Counted from the stretch's first letter, positions 1 through 10,391 are shown. The stretch: DNA of 64,000 nucleotides from an uncultured Gammaproteobacteria bacterium (GCA_902605525.1 CACLCV010000003.1:895-64894); one strand, 5' to 3'. The notes: generated by a model not told the origin, from the letters alone. A program made the numbers and translations.

Positions 1-729
1 GGTACAAAAGTAAAAGTTAAAGTTTTACGTGAAAAGGCAAATCAACCTATAGACTTTGAGTTAACTAGACAAATAATTGTATCTAAAGGAATAAAAACTC
101 AGATTTTTGATGGTGAAATTGGTTACTTAAGATTATCAAGTTTCCAATCAAACTCTACAACGAATGTCAGAGATGCCATATATAAACTCAGAAAGGATAC
201 TGGCAAAATGATGACTGCGCTTATTCTTGATTTAAGAAATAATCCCGGTGGTGTTTTAGGTGCTGCTGTTGGTATATCAGACTTATTTTTAGAGTCAGGG
301 AAGATTGTCTATACCAAGGGCAGAACTAACAATTCAGATCTAGAATATTTTGCAAATAGTGAAGACATACTCGAAGGACTACCTCTTTATGTCCTTATCA
401 ACGGTGGTTCAGCGTCTGCATCAGAAATTGTTGCAGGTGCATTACAAGATCATCAGAGAGCTACAATCTATGGAGAGAAATCGTTCGGTAAAGCATCTGT
501 TCAGTCTATACAAGAGATGATTGATGGCTCAGCACTTAAACTTACAACAGCAAGATACTATACACCTAATGACAGACATATTCATGGCAATGGCATTGAG
601 CCTGACGTCAAAATTGAGTTTGAGGAAATAGATAAGCCTAATAGTTTATTACCAGATCCATATAGCAAAGATAATCAAATTCTTGCTGTTGTAGAGGATA
701 TTAAAAACAAAATTTCAGAAGCTAAATAG
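1..729 (+). CDS. ctpA: Carboxy-terminal processing protease (S41 family), 5'-partial. The reading frame is open from base 1.
   Basis: Frame 1 is open from position 1 (GTKVKVKVLREK...). The S41 hallmark region NPGG...LINGGSASASEIVAGALQD is present. The listed ORF start at 208 is only an internal Met. Confidence 0.7.
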   Translation, partial: GTKVKVKVLREKANQPIDFELTRQIIVSKGIKTQIFDGEIGYLRLSSFQSNSTTNVRDAIYKLRKDTGKMMTALILDLRNNPGGVLGAAVGISDLFLESGKIVYTKGRTNNSDLEYFANSEDILEGLPLYVLINGGSASASEIVAGALQDHQRATIYGEKSFGKASVQSIQEMIDGSALKLTTARYYTPNDRHIHGNGIEPDVKIEFEEIDKPNSLLPDPYSKDNQILAVVEDIKNKISEAK

Positions 730-733
730 TCTT

Positions 734-1741
734 ATGTATAGAAGCTTCCTTTTGTTTTTGCTGATAGCTGTAATCATATCGTCTTGCTCAAGAACTAAAA
801 AAGATCCTTGTGAGAATCAAGAGCCTAAATCTTCAATTAATGCTACATCAGATATACTGATATGTTTTGAGTCAGTAGACAGTTATGACTTGGACTATTC
901 CGGTAAAAAGAAGCTTGTTATCAATGGAAAGCTTTTTTTCCCAGATATTAAAAAAAATACTTACGATGCAATTATTATGACTCATGGTTCTGGCGGCAAG
1001 AGAAGGTATCATGATAAATATGTTGATCTTCTTACAGAGATGGGGTTAGTTGTATTTCAATTAGATCATTACGCAGCCAGAAAAATAAAATATGATAAGA
1101 CATTTTCGAAAGTGTCTGGTCTAACATTTATGAATGATGCATATGCAGCACTCGATATTTTAAAAACAGATGAAAAAATAAATAATGTTGGATACCTGGG
1201 ATGGTCACAAGGTGGTGTTGGCCCAATTCTTTCACATTTTAAATTTGTAAATGATTTACTGCCAACCAAGGAAAGATTTAAAGCAGCAATAGCATTATAT
1301 CCATACTGTGGCTTTACATTTCCTAGTGATAGCTTAACAGAGACACCCTTATTGATGATTACTGGTGCAGATGATGACCTCACTCCAGAAGCTGCATGTA
1401 GAAATATTTATACTAAGTTTTTTAGAGATGATAATAAGATTAAGTTTATATCAATGGAAAATGCTAGACATGGTTTTGATAACCCATTTTTGTATTTTGG
1501 GATGACTTTTGATGAACTTCCTAATTTAAAAATAATTAATGATGATTGTACACTGACCATAACTAAAACTGGTGAAATTGAAAATATGAAAGGTGTTGTA
1601 ATAAATACTCCTAAGATAAGTGAATATTTTCTTGATAAATGTTCATTTAAAGGCGTTACGGTTAAATATAACCATAAGGCAACTCAAAAAGCATTAAAAG
1701 AGGTTAGTGAGTTCTTTAGCAAAAATTTATCGATTGAATGA
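734..1741 (+). CDS. Alpha/beta-hydrolase lipoprotein of the dienelactone-hydrolase type
   Basis: Lipoprotein signal peptide MYRSFLLFLLIAVIISSC. A GxSxG nucleophile elbow (GWSQGG) and an HGxGG-like oxyanion region (THGSGG) are present. It is tightly spaced after ctpA. Confidence 0.6.
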   Translation: MYRSFLLFLLIAVIISSCSRTKKDPCENQEPKSSINATSDILICFESVDSYDLDYSGKKKLVINGKLFFPDIKKNTYDAIIMTHGSGGKRRYHDKYVDLLTEMGLVVFQLDHYAARKIKYDKTFSKVSGLTFMNDAYAALDILKTDEKINNVGYLGWSQGGVGPILSHFKFVNDLLPTKERFKAAIALYPYCGFTFPSDSLTETPLLMITGADDDLTPEAACRNIYTKFFRDDNKIKFISMENARHGFDNPFLYFGMTFDELPNLKIINDDCTLTITKTGEIENMKGVVINTPKISEYFLDKCSFKGVTVKYNHKATQKALKEVSEFFSKNLSIE

Positions 1742-1772
1742 TTTTGTAAAAAATAAATACTATAATGGCCCT

Positions 1773-2090
1773 ATGAAATATTTCATACCTTTAGTTTTCT
1801 TGATTTTTAGTGTACAAAACTTTGCTGAGGATAAAGTGAGGCCCGGTCCACATAATAAGATAGGGCATACTAAACAATCACAACAAGATAAAGAAAATTC
1901 TTTTATTCATAGGTTAATTAATGATGATCTTGATTTTATGGGTTCATCAAACAATGATAAACCAAGATATAGTGGCATTGATGAGACATTATCGCAAATT
2001 GAGAAACTCGCAGACCTCAAAGAACGTGGAATAATTACTAACGAAGAGTTCAATAGCAAAAAATCGGTCCTACTAGATAAAATTCAATAA
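1773..2090 (+). CDS. Secreted protein with a C-terminal SHOCT domain
   Basis: The internal Met at 1773 gives a signal peptide (MKYFIPLVFLIFSVQNFA). The C-terminus LADLKERGIITNEEFNSKKSVLLDKI matches the SHOCT (short C-terminal) motif. The upstream part of listed ORF 1707 overlaps the preceding gene. Confidence 0.45.
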   Translation: MKYFIPLVFLIFSVQNFAEDKVRPGPHNKIGHTKQSQQDKENSFIHRLINDDLDFMGSSNNDKPRYSGIDETLSQIEKLADLKERGIITNEEFNSKKSVLLDKIQ

Positions 2091-2220
2091 ATGTTGGTAT
2101 TTATAATTTGGGTCTTGCTCATAGTTTTATGGAACTATGGCTACCCAGAAGCTCAGCCTCTTTATGATGTTATAGCATCTATATTATTATTCTTCTTTTC
2201 AAAGTTTTTAAATAATATTT

Positions 2221-2799
2221 CTATATAGGCTGAATACATTTGTAGTCATTATTTCTTGGTGAATTGACGTATGTTGAAACCTTATGTATCTGTATTTTGC
2301 CTGAAACATAATCTTTAAGTATATGATCACCTACCAACCACTTTTCTATTTGTTCTTCTTCAAGTAGAAGGGGTTGTCTGTTGTGTATTTCAGAAATTGG
2401 CTTCACAGACTCTTTTGTTACACAAACACAACCACTATCATTATATAACCCTGCAGTATATATGAGGTCGCTATTGAGGTGATGATAGTAGGGGTCTTTG
2501 ATGTTCTCCCTTCTTTTCCAATCAAAATATCTTTTCCACTCATACCACCCATCCATAATAAACACACAACGCTTAGCATCTTTAAATGATGGCTTTTCAT
2601 GAATAGTCTCATATCGTGCATTGATAAGATTCATTGGAGATTTTGCCCAATGAGGAGAGTAACCCCATTTTATATTCTCTAATTTATTGGTGAGGACTAG
2701 AATTTCTGTACTTGGACAAATATTAAAGTTTTCGTCTAAATCGATATCAAATCTTTTTTTGACTTTATCTTTATTTGTTAAAGTGAAGCGCCCACACAT
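2221..2799 (-). CDS. SOS-response-associated peptidase (SRAP / YedK / HMCES family), an abasic-site processing protein
   Basis: Invariant N-terminal MCGRF (Cys2 nucleophile). It has the conserved W..SPHWAK and DGWYEW regions and the typical length of about 190 aa. Confidence 0.75.
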   Translation of the reverse strand: MCGRFTLTNKDKVKKRFDIDLDENFNICPSTEILVLTNKLENIKWGYSPHWAKSPMNLINARYETIHEKPSFKDAKRCVFIMDGWYEWKRYFDWKRRENIKDPYYHHLNSDLIYTAGLYNDSGCVCVTKESVKPISEIHNRQPLLLEEEQIEKWLVGDHILKDYVSGKIQIHKVSTYVNSPRNNDYKCIQPI

Positions 2800-2801
2800 A
2801 A

Positions 2802-3188
2802 CTATTTATTAAATTTAACCCAATCGTTTTTATGTTTGAAGTCCTTGAGCTCTTGATCCCATTTCCTGAATACTTCCTGATACTCAGAATTATCCTTATC
2901 TGAATCAGGCTCATCGCCTATCTTATAGAATGCCGCGCTTCTATTTTTACAAATATGTGAATATTGATTCTGTTTCATTAAATCAAGAGATAAATAGAAT
3001 TCTTCAGATTGCTCTAATGTTCCATCGCCAATTTTACTCTTGCTTTTTTCAGTAAGTCTTCTGAAAGAACCTGTTAACTCCTTAACTTCACTGGGAGTTA
3101 AATTAGTTCCGAATTTTTCATTGAAATGCTTTTCTTTGCGTAATTGATTATCCCAATCAATAACTCTTTTTTTTACTATATCAACCAC
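2802..3188 (-). CDS. Hypothetical protein
   Basis: A 128-aa charged protein, start-to-stop coupled with acs upstream and the SRAP gene downstream. No motif was recognised. Confidence 0.4.
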   Translation of the reverse strand: MVDIVKKRVIDWDNQLRKEKHFNEKFGTNLTPSEVKELTGSFRRLTEKSKSKIGDGTLEQSEEFYLSLDLMKQNQYSHICKNRSAAFYKIGDEPDSDKDNSEYQEVFRKWDQELKDFKHKNDWVKFNK

Positions 3189-5128
3189 TATATATTCTTC
3201 CTATTATCTATTAGTTCATCAACTACACCGGGGTCTGCTAGCGTTGATGTATCACCTAAGTTAGTATAATCATTTGTAGATATTTTCCTTAATATTCTTC
3301 TCATAATTTTACCAGACCTAGTCTTTGGTAATCCATTTGTAAATTGTATAAAATCAGGTTTCGCAATTGAGCCAATTTCTTTTTTGACCCATGCTAATAA
3401 ATCATTTTCTAATTGCTCGTTTTGTTCCGTTCCTTTATTCAAAGTCACGAATGCATATAATCCCTGTCCTTTTATGTCATGAGGATATCCAACTACAGCT
3501 GCTTCTGAAACATCCTGATGGAGAACAAGTGCGGATTCTACTTCGGCAGTTCCCAGACGATGACCTGATACATTTATTACATCATCCATCCTTCCAGTAA
3601 TCCAGTAATAACCATCTTCGTCTCTCCTACAGCCATCACCAGAAAAGTATCTCCCTGAATACTGTTTAAAGTAGGTGTCAATGAATCTGTCATGATCGCC
3701 ATATACGGTTCTCATTTGACCGGGCCATGAAGCGTCAATACAAAGACTTCCCTCTCCTGGACCCTCTATTTCTTGATTATCCTTGTCAACAATTGATGGC
3801 TTTATTCCAAAGAAAGGTAGAGTGGCAGATCCAGGTTTCATGTCAATTGCTCCAACTAGTGGAGTGATCAATATCCCTCCGGTTTCTGTTTGCCACCAAG
3901 TATCGACGATGGAGCATTGAGAATTCCCTGCGGCTTCGTAGTACCATCGCCATGCCTCTGGATTTATTGGTTCTCCGACGCTTCCTAAAATTCGAAGTGA
4001 TTTTCTAGATGTATTTTCTAGGTACTTATTTCCTTCAGACATTAGAGCGCGAATAGCCGTAGGTGCAGTATATAAAATATTAATTTTATGTTTATCCACA
4101 ATTTCCCAGAATCTACTGGCTGTTGGATAATTAGGAACTCCCTCAAACATAACTGTGGTCGCCCCATTACACAAAGGGCCATAGATAATGTAAGAGTGCC
4201 CAGTCACCCAACCTACATCAGCAGTACACCAATATATATCATCATCATGATAGTCAAAAACATATTGGTGAGTTAATGACGCATAAACTAAATATCCTCC
4301 AGTAGTATGAAGAACACCTTTAGGTTTCCCGGTTGATCCAGATGTATATAAAATAAACATTGGGTCTTCTGCCGACATTTTTTCTGGTTCAAATGTATCA
4401 GAAGAGTTATTAATTAGATCATGATACCAATGATCATATTTATCATTCCATGGAACATCATTTCCTGTTCTTTTCACAACTATACATTTTTCAAAATCTT
4501 TAACTTTCGAGATAGCCATATCAACATTGCATTTTAATGGAATGATTTTGCCTCCTCGAACACCTTCATCGGAGGTAATTATAAATTTAGAATTGCAATC
4601 TTCTAACCTACCCGCCAATGCTTCAGGAGAAAATCCTCCAAAAACAACGGAATGAATCGCGCCTATCCTAGTACAAGCAAGCATAGCAACTGCAGCTTCA
4701 GGAATCATTGGCATATAAATAGTAACTCTATCGCCTTTGTTTATACCTAGTGACTTTAATCCATTTGAAAATCTACATACTTCTATTAAAAGTTCTTTAT
4801 AAGTAATTTTTTTAGTATCTGCTGGATCATCCCCTTCCCAAAGTATTGCAACTTTATCACCTGATTTTTCAATATGGCGATCAATACAGTTATAAGATAC
4901 ATTCAATACGCCATCTTCATACCATTTAATGTAGAGATTGTTTATATCATACGAATAGTCTCTAATTTTTGTATAAGGCGTATACCAGTCGAGTCGCTTG
5001 CCTTGTTCACCCCAAAAGAATAATGGATCTGTTATGGATTGATTATAAAGTTTTTTATAATCATCTTTATTTATTAATGCTTTATCTTTGACCCAATCTT
5101 TGGATTTATAAACATCAGATACGCTCAT
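3188..5128 (-). CDS. acs: Acetyl-CoA synthetase
   Basis: A 646-aa AMP-forming acyl-CoA ligase with the canonical Acs N-terminus ([20 protein letters not shown]) and the motifs [11 protein letters not shown] and WWQTETGG. The C-terminus is lysine-rich. Confidence 0.95.
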   Translation of the reverse strand: MSVSDVYKSKDWVKDKALINKDDYKKLYNQSITDPLFFWGEQGKRLDWYTPYTKIRDYSYDINNLYIKWYEDGVLNVSYNCIDRHIEKSGDKVAILWEGDDPADTKKITYKELLIEVCRFSNGLKSLGINKGDRVTIYMPMIPEAAVAMLACTRIGAIHSVVFGGFSPEALAGRLEDCNSKFIITSDEGVRGGKIIPLKCNVDMAISKVKDFEKCIVVKRTGNDVPWNDKYDHWYHDLINNSSDTFEPEKMSAEDPMFILYTSGSTGKPKGVLHTTGGYLVYASLTHQYVFDYHDDDIYWCTADVGWVTGHSYIIYGPLCNGATTVMFEGVPNYPTASRFWEIVDKHKINILYTAPTAIRALMSEGNKYLENTSRKSLRILGSVGEPINPEAWRWYYEAAGNSQCSIVDTWWQTETGGILITPLVGAIDMKPGSATLPFFGIKPSIVDKDNQEIEGPGEGSLCIDASWPGQMRTVYGDHDRFIDTYFKQYSGRYFSGDGCRRDEDGYYWITGRMDDVINVSGHRLGTAEVESALVLHQDVSEAAVVGYPHDIKGQGLYAFVTLNKGTEQNEQLENDLLAWVKKEIGSIAKPDFIQFTNGLPKTRSGKIMRRILRKISTNDYTNLGDTSTLADPGVVDELIDNRKNI

Positions 5129-5311
5129 ATTAAAGACTACTTTCCTTATAGAATTATTTATTTTTAACTTTTAAAGCCACAACAAAATAGCCACATTAAA
5201 AGCACAAACGCTATAATTGATATAACCATTTCAAACCCCTCTAATCAGAGTATCTTCTTTTAAAAAATAAAATCAACAATGATAATAATATTAGAATAAT
5301 CTAATTTAGTA

Positions 5312-6214
5312 TTACTTATAACTAAGCTTATTTTCATAAATGATATTCAATAGTAGATGAGGCAGAGTTAGGCAAGCTAGTGTGATAAAAATATACTTAA
5401 TAATTATTTTTTCAAACGTCAAATTTGAAAACTCTGTCATGTATCCTAAAACTGCAGTAGTAAAAACAACTGTGAGCGCTAGAAAGATAGTTGCAAACTT
5501 CATAACATTAATCTGGCTTGAAAAAATATTACTATCTCCCATTGCGTGTAAGTAATGCCTAATAGAGTGGTGGAAACAAAAATAAAGTATGAAGGACATT
5601 AATGGTGGTAAAAATATGAAATTGATAAGTAATAGCCCATATAGTGGGAGTAATTTTTTAACCTTCAGAAATAATAGACTGACGAGTCCAAAACAATATA
5701 CATATTTTATTAAGTCGAAGTTATTTTGATACGAAATTGTTTGATTTAGTAGTATATCAAAAAAATAATACACCTCGTTAGTATGAAATAAGATTGGAAC
5801 AATAATAGGAACGCTTCCTAGATACAATATCAATAAAATATTATTGTTTTTTATACCCTCTGTCTCTTCTATACCAAAATGATAAATAGACATAATCAAG
5901 AATATAGTCAGCGCAGCAACAGGAGATGTAAGCCAAACCATAAGGTAAACCAACGATAAAGATGTATATGTAGAGATAAATATAGCAAGCCAATTGTTAT
6001 ACTGATTAAACAGTTTTTTTGCAATTAAGAAATCAAAATAACCATGAGGTATACCTATTATGGTAACAGTTGTGAGCAGAAGTATTAGTTGATTATTTAT
6101 ATTAAGAATTGTTGGTTCAATAATCATAAGTAACAAACTAATTATGCTTAGGTTCATTAATAATATCAGTTGATATTTTTTATATACTTCTTGTTGTAAA
6201 TGATTTAATAGCAT
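5312..6214 (-). CDS. blh: Beta-carotene 15,15'-dioxygenase (Brp/Blh family), the retinal-forming enzyme
   Basis: Polytopic membrane protein of about 300 aa with conserved His residues (IPHGYFDF, YHFG, CFHHSIRHY). It is the last gene of the crt operon downstream of proteorhodopsin. The true start is possibly the internal Met at about 6157. Confidence 0.75.
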   Translation of the reverse strand: MLLNHLQQEVYKKYQLILLMNLSIISLLLMIIEPTILNINNQLILLLTTVTIIGIPHGYFDFLIAKKLFNQYNNWLAIFISTYTSLSLVYLMVWLTSPVAALTIFLIMSIYHFGIEETEGIKNNNILLILYLGSVPIIVPILFHTNEVYYFFDILLNQTISYQNNFDLIKYVYCFGLVSLLFLKVKKLLPLYGLLLINFIFLPPLMSFILYFCFHHSIRHYLHAMGDSNIFSSQINVMKFATIFLALTVVFTTAVLGYMTEFSNLTFEKIIIKYIFITLACLTLPHLLLNIIYENKLSYK

Positions 6215-7301
6215 ATTTTATAAATATTAATTTAGGCATATTCCAAACGATTATTAGTATGTCGACTAGAGTTGGCTTATCCGATAAAAATCTAATGACT
6301 CTTTTGCTGTCATTACATTCAAACATTCTATAGAGAATATTTTTACTGGCATTAGGATGATCTTTTATTATTTGCAAAAGCACATTGTCCATTTTTCTTA
6401 AAACTCTGCTTTTAAATGTACTTGGAAATTCAATATAAGTATCTCCATCTAATTTTTTTATATATTCATCTGCTTGTTTCTGGATGTTTAGAAATGTATA
6501 CCCTGTTGATGCTCTCGTAGAGCCGGAGGGGATTCCGATATTTAAATAATTTGAATTTTTTTTATTTATTTTAATATTTGTAGTTAATGGAATTTCACCA
6601 TATTCTTCTCTCATAACTGAGTATTCATCCCCATATCTTTTTTTAATATACTCATGAACTTCATCTGACATCTCATTTTTATCTTTTCTAAGTGATGTGT
6701 AGTAAGTTGATTCGAACAAGTACGTGTCATCCCCCATAGGTAAGCAATAAAAAAAGTGGAATTCGTTTTTCTCCGTAAAATCCATGAGTTGAGTATTGAA
6801 GTTTTTTATTTCTTTATCGAATTTGATGAATAATCCTTTAAATATTTGCTTCATTTCGATTGCCTGACTATTTGGTCTACTGTCAAAAACATATTTGGCA
6901 TTTATTGATCCTTTATTGAGATTAATTTTATAACGCTCGTGTGTTGTAATAATTTCTTCTATTTCTGTATCAAACATTATTTCCACATTAGTGCATTCAT
7001 CAATATTATTGAGAACATATTTATCGAAGTCATAAGAATCAATACTACAGTAGTTCTGTTCAGAACAATCTAGTATTGAAGTTGATTTATTATTATGAAT
7101 AGATAATTTTTTATTAATGTATTTATTTAAATGTTGAAATGGATGCTCATAAGCATCCCAATATGACCATGTTTTTCTTATTCTATTTGTAATAGGCTTA
7201 TTTTCAATCAGACATACACTATAAGAACTATTAATTAGTCTATAAGCAAGACTAAGTCCTGAGCAACCTGCGCCCACTATTACTATGTCATAATCTTTCA
7301 T
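6180..7301 (-). CDS. crtY: Lycopene beta-cyclase
   Basis: N-terminal FAD-binding Rossmann fold DIVIVGAGCSGLSLAYRL. It has CrtY length and sits between crtB and blh. Confidence 0.8.
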   Translation of the reverse strand: MKDYDIVIVGAGCSGLSLAYRLINSSYSVCLIENKPITNRIRKTWSYWDAYEHPFQHLNKYINKKLSIHNNKSTSILDCSEQNYCSIDSYDFDKYVLNNIDECTNVEIMFDTEIEEIITTHERYKINLNKGSINAKYVFDSRPNSQAIEMKQIFKGLFIKFDKEIKNFNTQLMDFTEKNEFHFFYCLPMGDDTYLFESTYYTSLRKDKNEMSDEVHEYIKKRYGDEYSVMREEYGEIPLTTNIKINKKNSNYLNIGIPSGSTRASTGYTFLNIQKQADEYIKKLDGDTYIEFPSTFKSRVLRKMDNVLLQIIKDHPNASKNILYRMFECNDSKRVIRFLSDKPTLVDILIIVWNMPKLIFIKYAIKSFTTRSI

Positions 7302-8112
7302 GGGTGTTTGGTAAACCTTGTAATGATGAATGTAGAGACTGATTATGGACTTTGGGTGAACATGATAGGTATCTACATATGAAGATAAATACAGTTTTTA
7401 TGAATACTAAAAATTTATCTATCTTAGTCGTATTTGGTTTTTTAATTATGAAACTTTCTTCATTATTTTTAATTTTGAAACCAATTTGTTGATACAACAT
7501 CAGTGCGAATAAAATAGAAAACCTCGTGTTTAATGGTATATATTTTATTCCCTCTAGTGCGCTTTCATAATATCTATTTGATAGTGCAATTAGTTCACAG
7601 GTAGTTTTAAAAAGTTTATTATTCTTTCTACTTACCATTTCACTTTTAGTAATTTTGTCTTTGGGAAGATAGATTCTGCTCATAGAAAAATCTTCTTTAA
7701 TATCTCTACATATATTTGTAATCTGCATTGCAATACCTAAATCTATAGCATGATACTTAGCTCGTCTGTCAGTTATGTTAAGCACATCACACATCATAAT
7801 GCCCACACACCCTGCTACTTTATAGCAGTAATTTAATAGGTCCTCCATAGAGGAAATCCTATTTGAATACATGTCTGAATCAATACCTTCTTTAAGTTGG
7901 GCTATAACCCTCTTATCAATGCCAAAGCTCATGATCTTTTCTTCTAATTCTGATGTATTGACAGAACGCTTGTGATCTACATTATCATCATATAGTCTGC
8001 AGAATGCATATACAGATAAGACTTTCTTTTTAATATTTTTTGGAAGAAATAAAGATGCAATATGAAATGTCTTACTATTTTGTTTAAGAATATGGTTACT
8101 AGACTCAGCCAT
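7288..8112 (-). CDS. crtB: Phytoene synthase
   Basis: Squalene/phytoene synthase signatures YAFCRLYDDNVD and YCYKVAGCVG. Its start overlaps crtI by 8 nt. Confidence 0.85.
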   Translation of the reverse strand: MAESSNHILKQNSKTFHIASLFLPKNIKKKVLSVYAFCRLYDDNVDHKRSVNTSELEEKIMSFGIDKRVIAQLKEGIDSDMYSNRISSMEDLLNYCYKVAGCVGIMMCDVLNITDRRAKYHAIDLGIAMQITNICRDIKEDFSMSRIYLPKDKITKSEMVSRKNNKLFKTTCELIALSNRYYESALEGIKYIPLNTRFSILFALMLYQQIGFKIKNNEESFIIKKPNTTKIDKFLVFIKTVFIFICRYLSCSPKVHNQSLHSSLQGLPNTHERL

Positions 8113-9574
8113 GATACTTAAGTATAAGCTTTTCTGTAACTTTTGCAGATGAGATTACCCCAGGTACGCCAGCTCCAGGATGACTACCGGCCCCAACAAA
8201 ATAAAGATTATCAAGTTCATTAGATTTATTAGAGTATCTAAAATATGCAGATTGTCTAAATATTGGCTGTATACCAAAACCACTACCTTTAAATGAATTT
8301 AAGTTAAACTCAAAGTAATCAGGTGTAACAAAGAACTTATCAATAATATTTTCTTTTAAATTAGGTAGTATTTTATCAGACAATATACTTATTATGTGCT
8401 CAGAGAACTCGTCACCTTTTTCATTCCAATTAATTGCGCTCTCGTTATTAGCAACCGGAGCTAAGACATAAAAGGAATCAGAATCATTTTGTATATTTTT
8501 TTTATCAGTTGCAGCAGGCCTATGAAGATATAAACTTGGATCAGTTATGTAAACTTTTCTATCAAAGATGTCATCTAGCAAATCCTTATGTCTCTCGTTA
8601 AATATTATTGTATGGTGCTTCACATCATCATATTGTTTTTTAGTTGAGAAATATAAAACAAATAACCCCATAGAATGCTTCAACATAAATGGTTTGTTAA
8701 ATAGTTTTTTTGGAGCTCTTTTTAAGATTGACTGATAAAAATAGGACGGATCAGCATTACTGACAACTAAATCTGCTTGAAAAGTTCTCTTATTAGTAAT
8801 AACTTTTTTGATATTATTATTATGCTGCTCTATATTTAACACTTCACAATTAGTTTCAAAATTAATATCTTTTTTTCTAAACAATTTCTCAAAACCATTC
8901 ACAATCGAGCGAGTCCCACCCTCCGCATAGTACACTCCCCACTTCCACTCAAGATATTGAATTAGAAGGTATATTGATGTTGTTGTATAAGGATTACCTC
9001 CAACTAAAAGTGGATGCATACTTAAAGCTTTAATAAGATTAGGATTATCTAGAAACTTTTTTACAGATGAGTGTACTGATTTATAAAATTGTATCTTAAA
9101 TAGTTCTGGTATGTACGGGGTCATGCTATTAAGAGATTCAAATGGATAGTCAGATAATTTAAGGTAGGCAGTATTAAATATTCTTTTTGAATGTTTAAGA
9201 AGTTTAATATAGCCATGTGCATCCTCTTTTGAATACTTAGTCCCAATTTCACTAAGCATTCTTTTTAATGATGACCCATAATCAAAGTAAGTGTCATCAT
9301 GAAATAAAAATCTATAGAAGGGTTCAACCTTCAGGAGATTAAAGTAGTCCCTAGAATTTTCACCTAGCAGTTCATATAGCTCATTAATGAGATAGGGTGC
9401 AGTTATAACAGTAGGGCCTGCATCATAATTAAAACCATTATGGCTAAGCGTTCTAGCTCTACCTCCTAGATTTGTTTGCTTCTCTAGTACAGTGACTTCG
9501 TACTCTATTGCCCTCAGTCTACAGGCAATAGCAAGTCCGCCAAAGCCTGAGCCTATAACAATTGCTTTTTTCAT
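8105..9574 (-). CDS. crtI: Phytoene desaturase
   Basis: N-terminal KKAIVIGSGFGGLAIACRL dinucleotide-binding fold and C-terminal FVGAGSHPGAGVPGV. About 489 aa. Confidence 0.85.
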   Translation of the reverse strand: MKKAIVIGSGFGGLAIACRLRAIEYEVTVLEKQTNLGGRARTLSHNGFNYDAGPTVITAPYLINELYELLGENSRDYFNLLKVEPFYRFLFHDDTYFDYGSSLKRMLSEIGTKYSKEDAHGYIKLLKHSKRIFNTAYLKLSDYPFESLNSMTPYIPELFKIQFYKSVHSSVKKFLDNPNLIKALSMHPLLVGGNPYTTTSIYLLIQYLEWKWGVYYAEGGTRSIVNGFEKLFRKKDINFETNCEVLNIEQHNNNIKKVITNKRTFQADLVVSNADPSYFYQSILKRAPKKLFNKPFMLKHSMGLFVLYFSTKKQYDDVKHHTIIFNERHKDLLDDIFDRKVYITDPSLYLHRPAATDKKNIQNDSDSFYVLAPVANNESAINWNEKGDEFSEHIISILSDKILPNLKENIIDKFFVTPDYFEFNLNSFKGSGFGIQPIFRQSAYFRYSNKSNELDNLYFVGAGSHPGAGVPGVISSAKVTEKLILKYHG

Positions 9575-9591
9575 TTAGATATTATACAGGG

Positions 9592-9615
9592 AGCGCAAGC
9601 GCTCCCTGTACATAT
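9592..9615. promoter_or_regulatory. Perfect GC-rich hairpin (12-bp stem, tacagggagcgc / gcgctccctgta) lying between the proteorhodopsin stop and the crtI start. It is a candidate partial terminator or attenuator, or an RNA-stability element.
   Basis: The palindrome tacagggagcgcAAgcgctccctgta sits in an otherwise AT-rich 55-bp spacer. On the minus-strand transcript it is not followed by a clean U-run. Confidence 0.4.
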
Positions 9616-9629
9616 TTGTAGTTTTATTT

Positions 9630-10391
9630 TTAAGCTGTTTCTTGAGAATCTGCTACCGCAGCTGCCCAGATAAATACACCAAATGCGATTTTGTTTACAA
9701 AATCAGCTAAGTTGTATACTAAGTTTAGGCTGGCTGCATCTACTGCGCCCATTAGATATCCGAATAGGTATCCAAGAGGATAGATCGCCCAACCAACTAA
9801 TACAACCATACGACACGCGCTGAATGCCATTTGTGCACCTACGCTTCCGCATGAAATACTTTTTTGTGATGCTTCACCCATAAATATTTCATATAGAATG
9901 TATATCCAGCCCGCCATCCCAATGATGAATCCAAGCATAGCGTTGATAACCCCCGCTTCACCTAAATATCCACCTATAAGCATGACTAGTGTTCCTACTA
10001 ACAGTCTGTTGAATACACCTACGCTAACTGTAGTTACAGCTGCAAGTATTAAGTAGAATTCAATCATTTGTAGTGGGACAGTTAATATCCAATCAATATA
10101 TCTAAATACTGTTGGTGATTCTCCTGTGCTTACCCATACATCTCTCATATAGAAATAATGTACTGCAGCAATAAGTGTAACCAATGATATTACAGATAAT
10201 GATGTCTGCCATTTAGCTGAAACTCGTGATCTTTCTGCATAAAAGAACACTGTAGCTGCAACCATGGAAATTGAAATTATCCAGAATGTAACCCCCACAA
10301 AATCATTCGCCTGTAGATCTCCAGCTAACGCAATTGATGGCATGGAAACTACGAATAATAATGAGAATACATAAGACATAATATTCCTCAT
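9630..10391 (-). CDS. Proteorhodopsin, a light-driven proton pump (DTE motif, Q105 blue-tuned)
   Basis: Seven-helix protein of 253 aa. RYIDWILTVPLQMIEF gives D97, T101, Q105 and E108. The retinal Schiff-base lysine lies in YNLADFVNKIAFG. It has a signal-like N-terminus and an AGGAG ribosome-binding site 6 nt upstream. Confidence 0.95.
   Translation of the reverse strand: MRNIMSYVFSLLFVVSMPSIALAGDLQANDFVGVTFWIISISMVAATVFFYAERSRVSAKWQTSLSVISLVTLIAAVHYFYMRDVWVSTGESPTVFRYIDWILTVPLQMIEFYLILAAVTTVSVGVFNRLLVGTLVMLIGGYLGEAGVINAMLGFIIGMAGWIYILYEIFMGEASQKSISCGSVGAQMAFSACRMVVLVGWAIYPLGYLFGYLMGAVDAASLNLVYNLADFVNKIAFGVFIWAAAVADSQETA

Noticed and set aside
1069-1383. Antisense ORFs embedded in well-supported genes (for example 1069..1383-, 2418..2621-, 3391..3600+, 4088..4276+, 13935..14324+, 17705..18109+, 19581..19859+, 24761..25072+, 28225..28548+, 46584..47159-)
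   Set aside because: Each lies wholly inside a longer, motif-supported CDS on the opposite strand. They are AT-rich or low-complexity translations with no motifs, the typical shadow ORFs.
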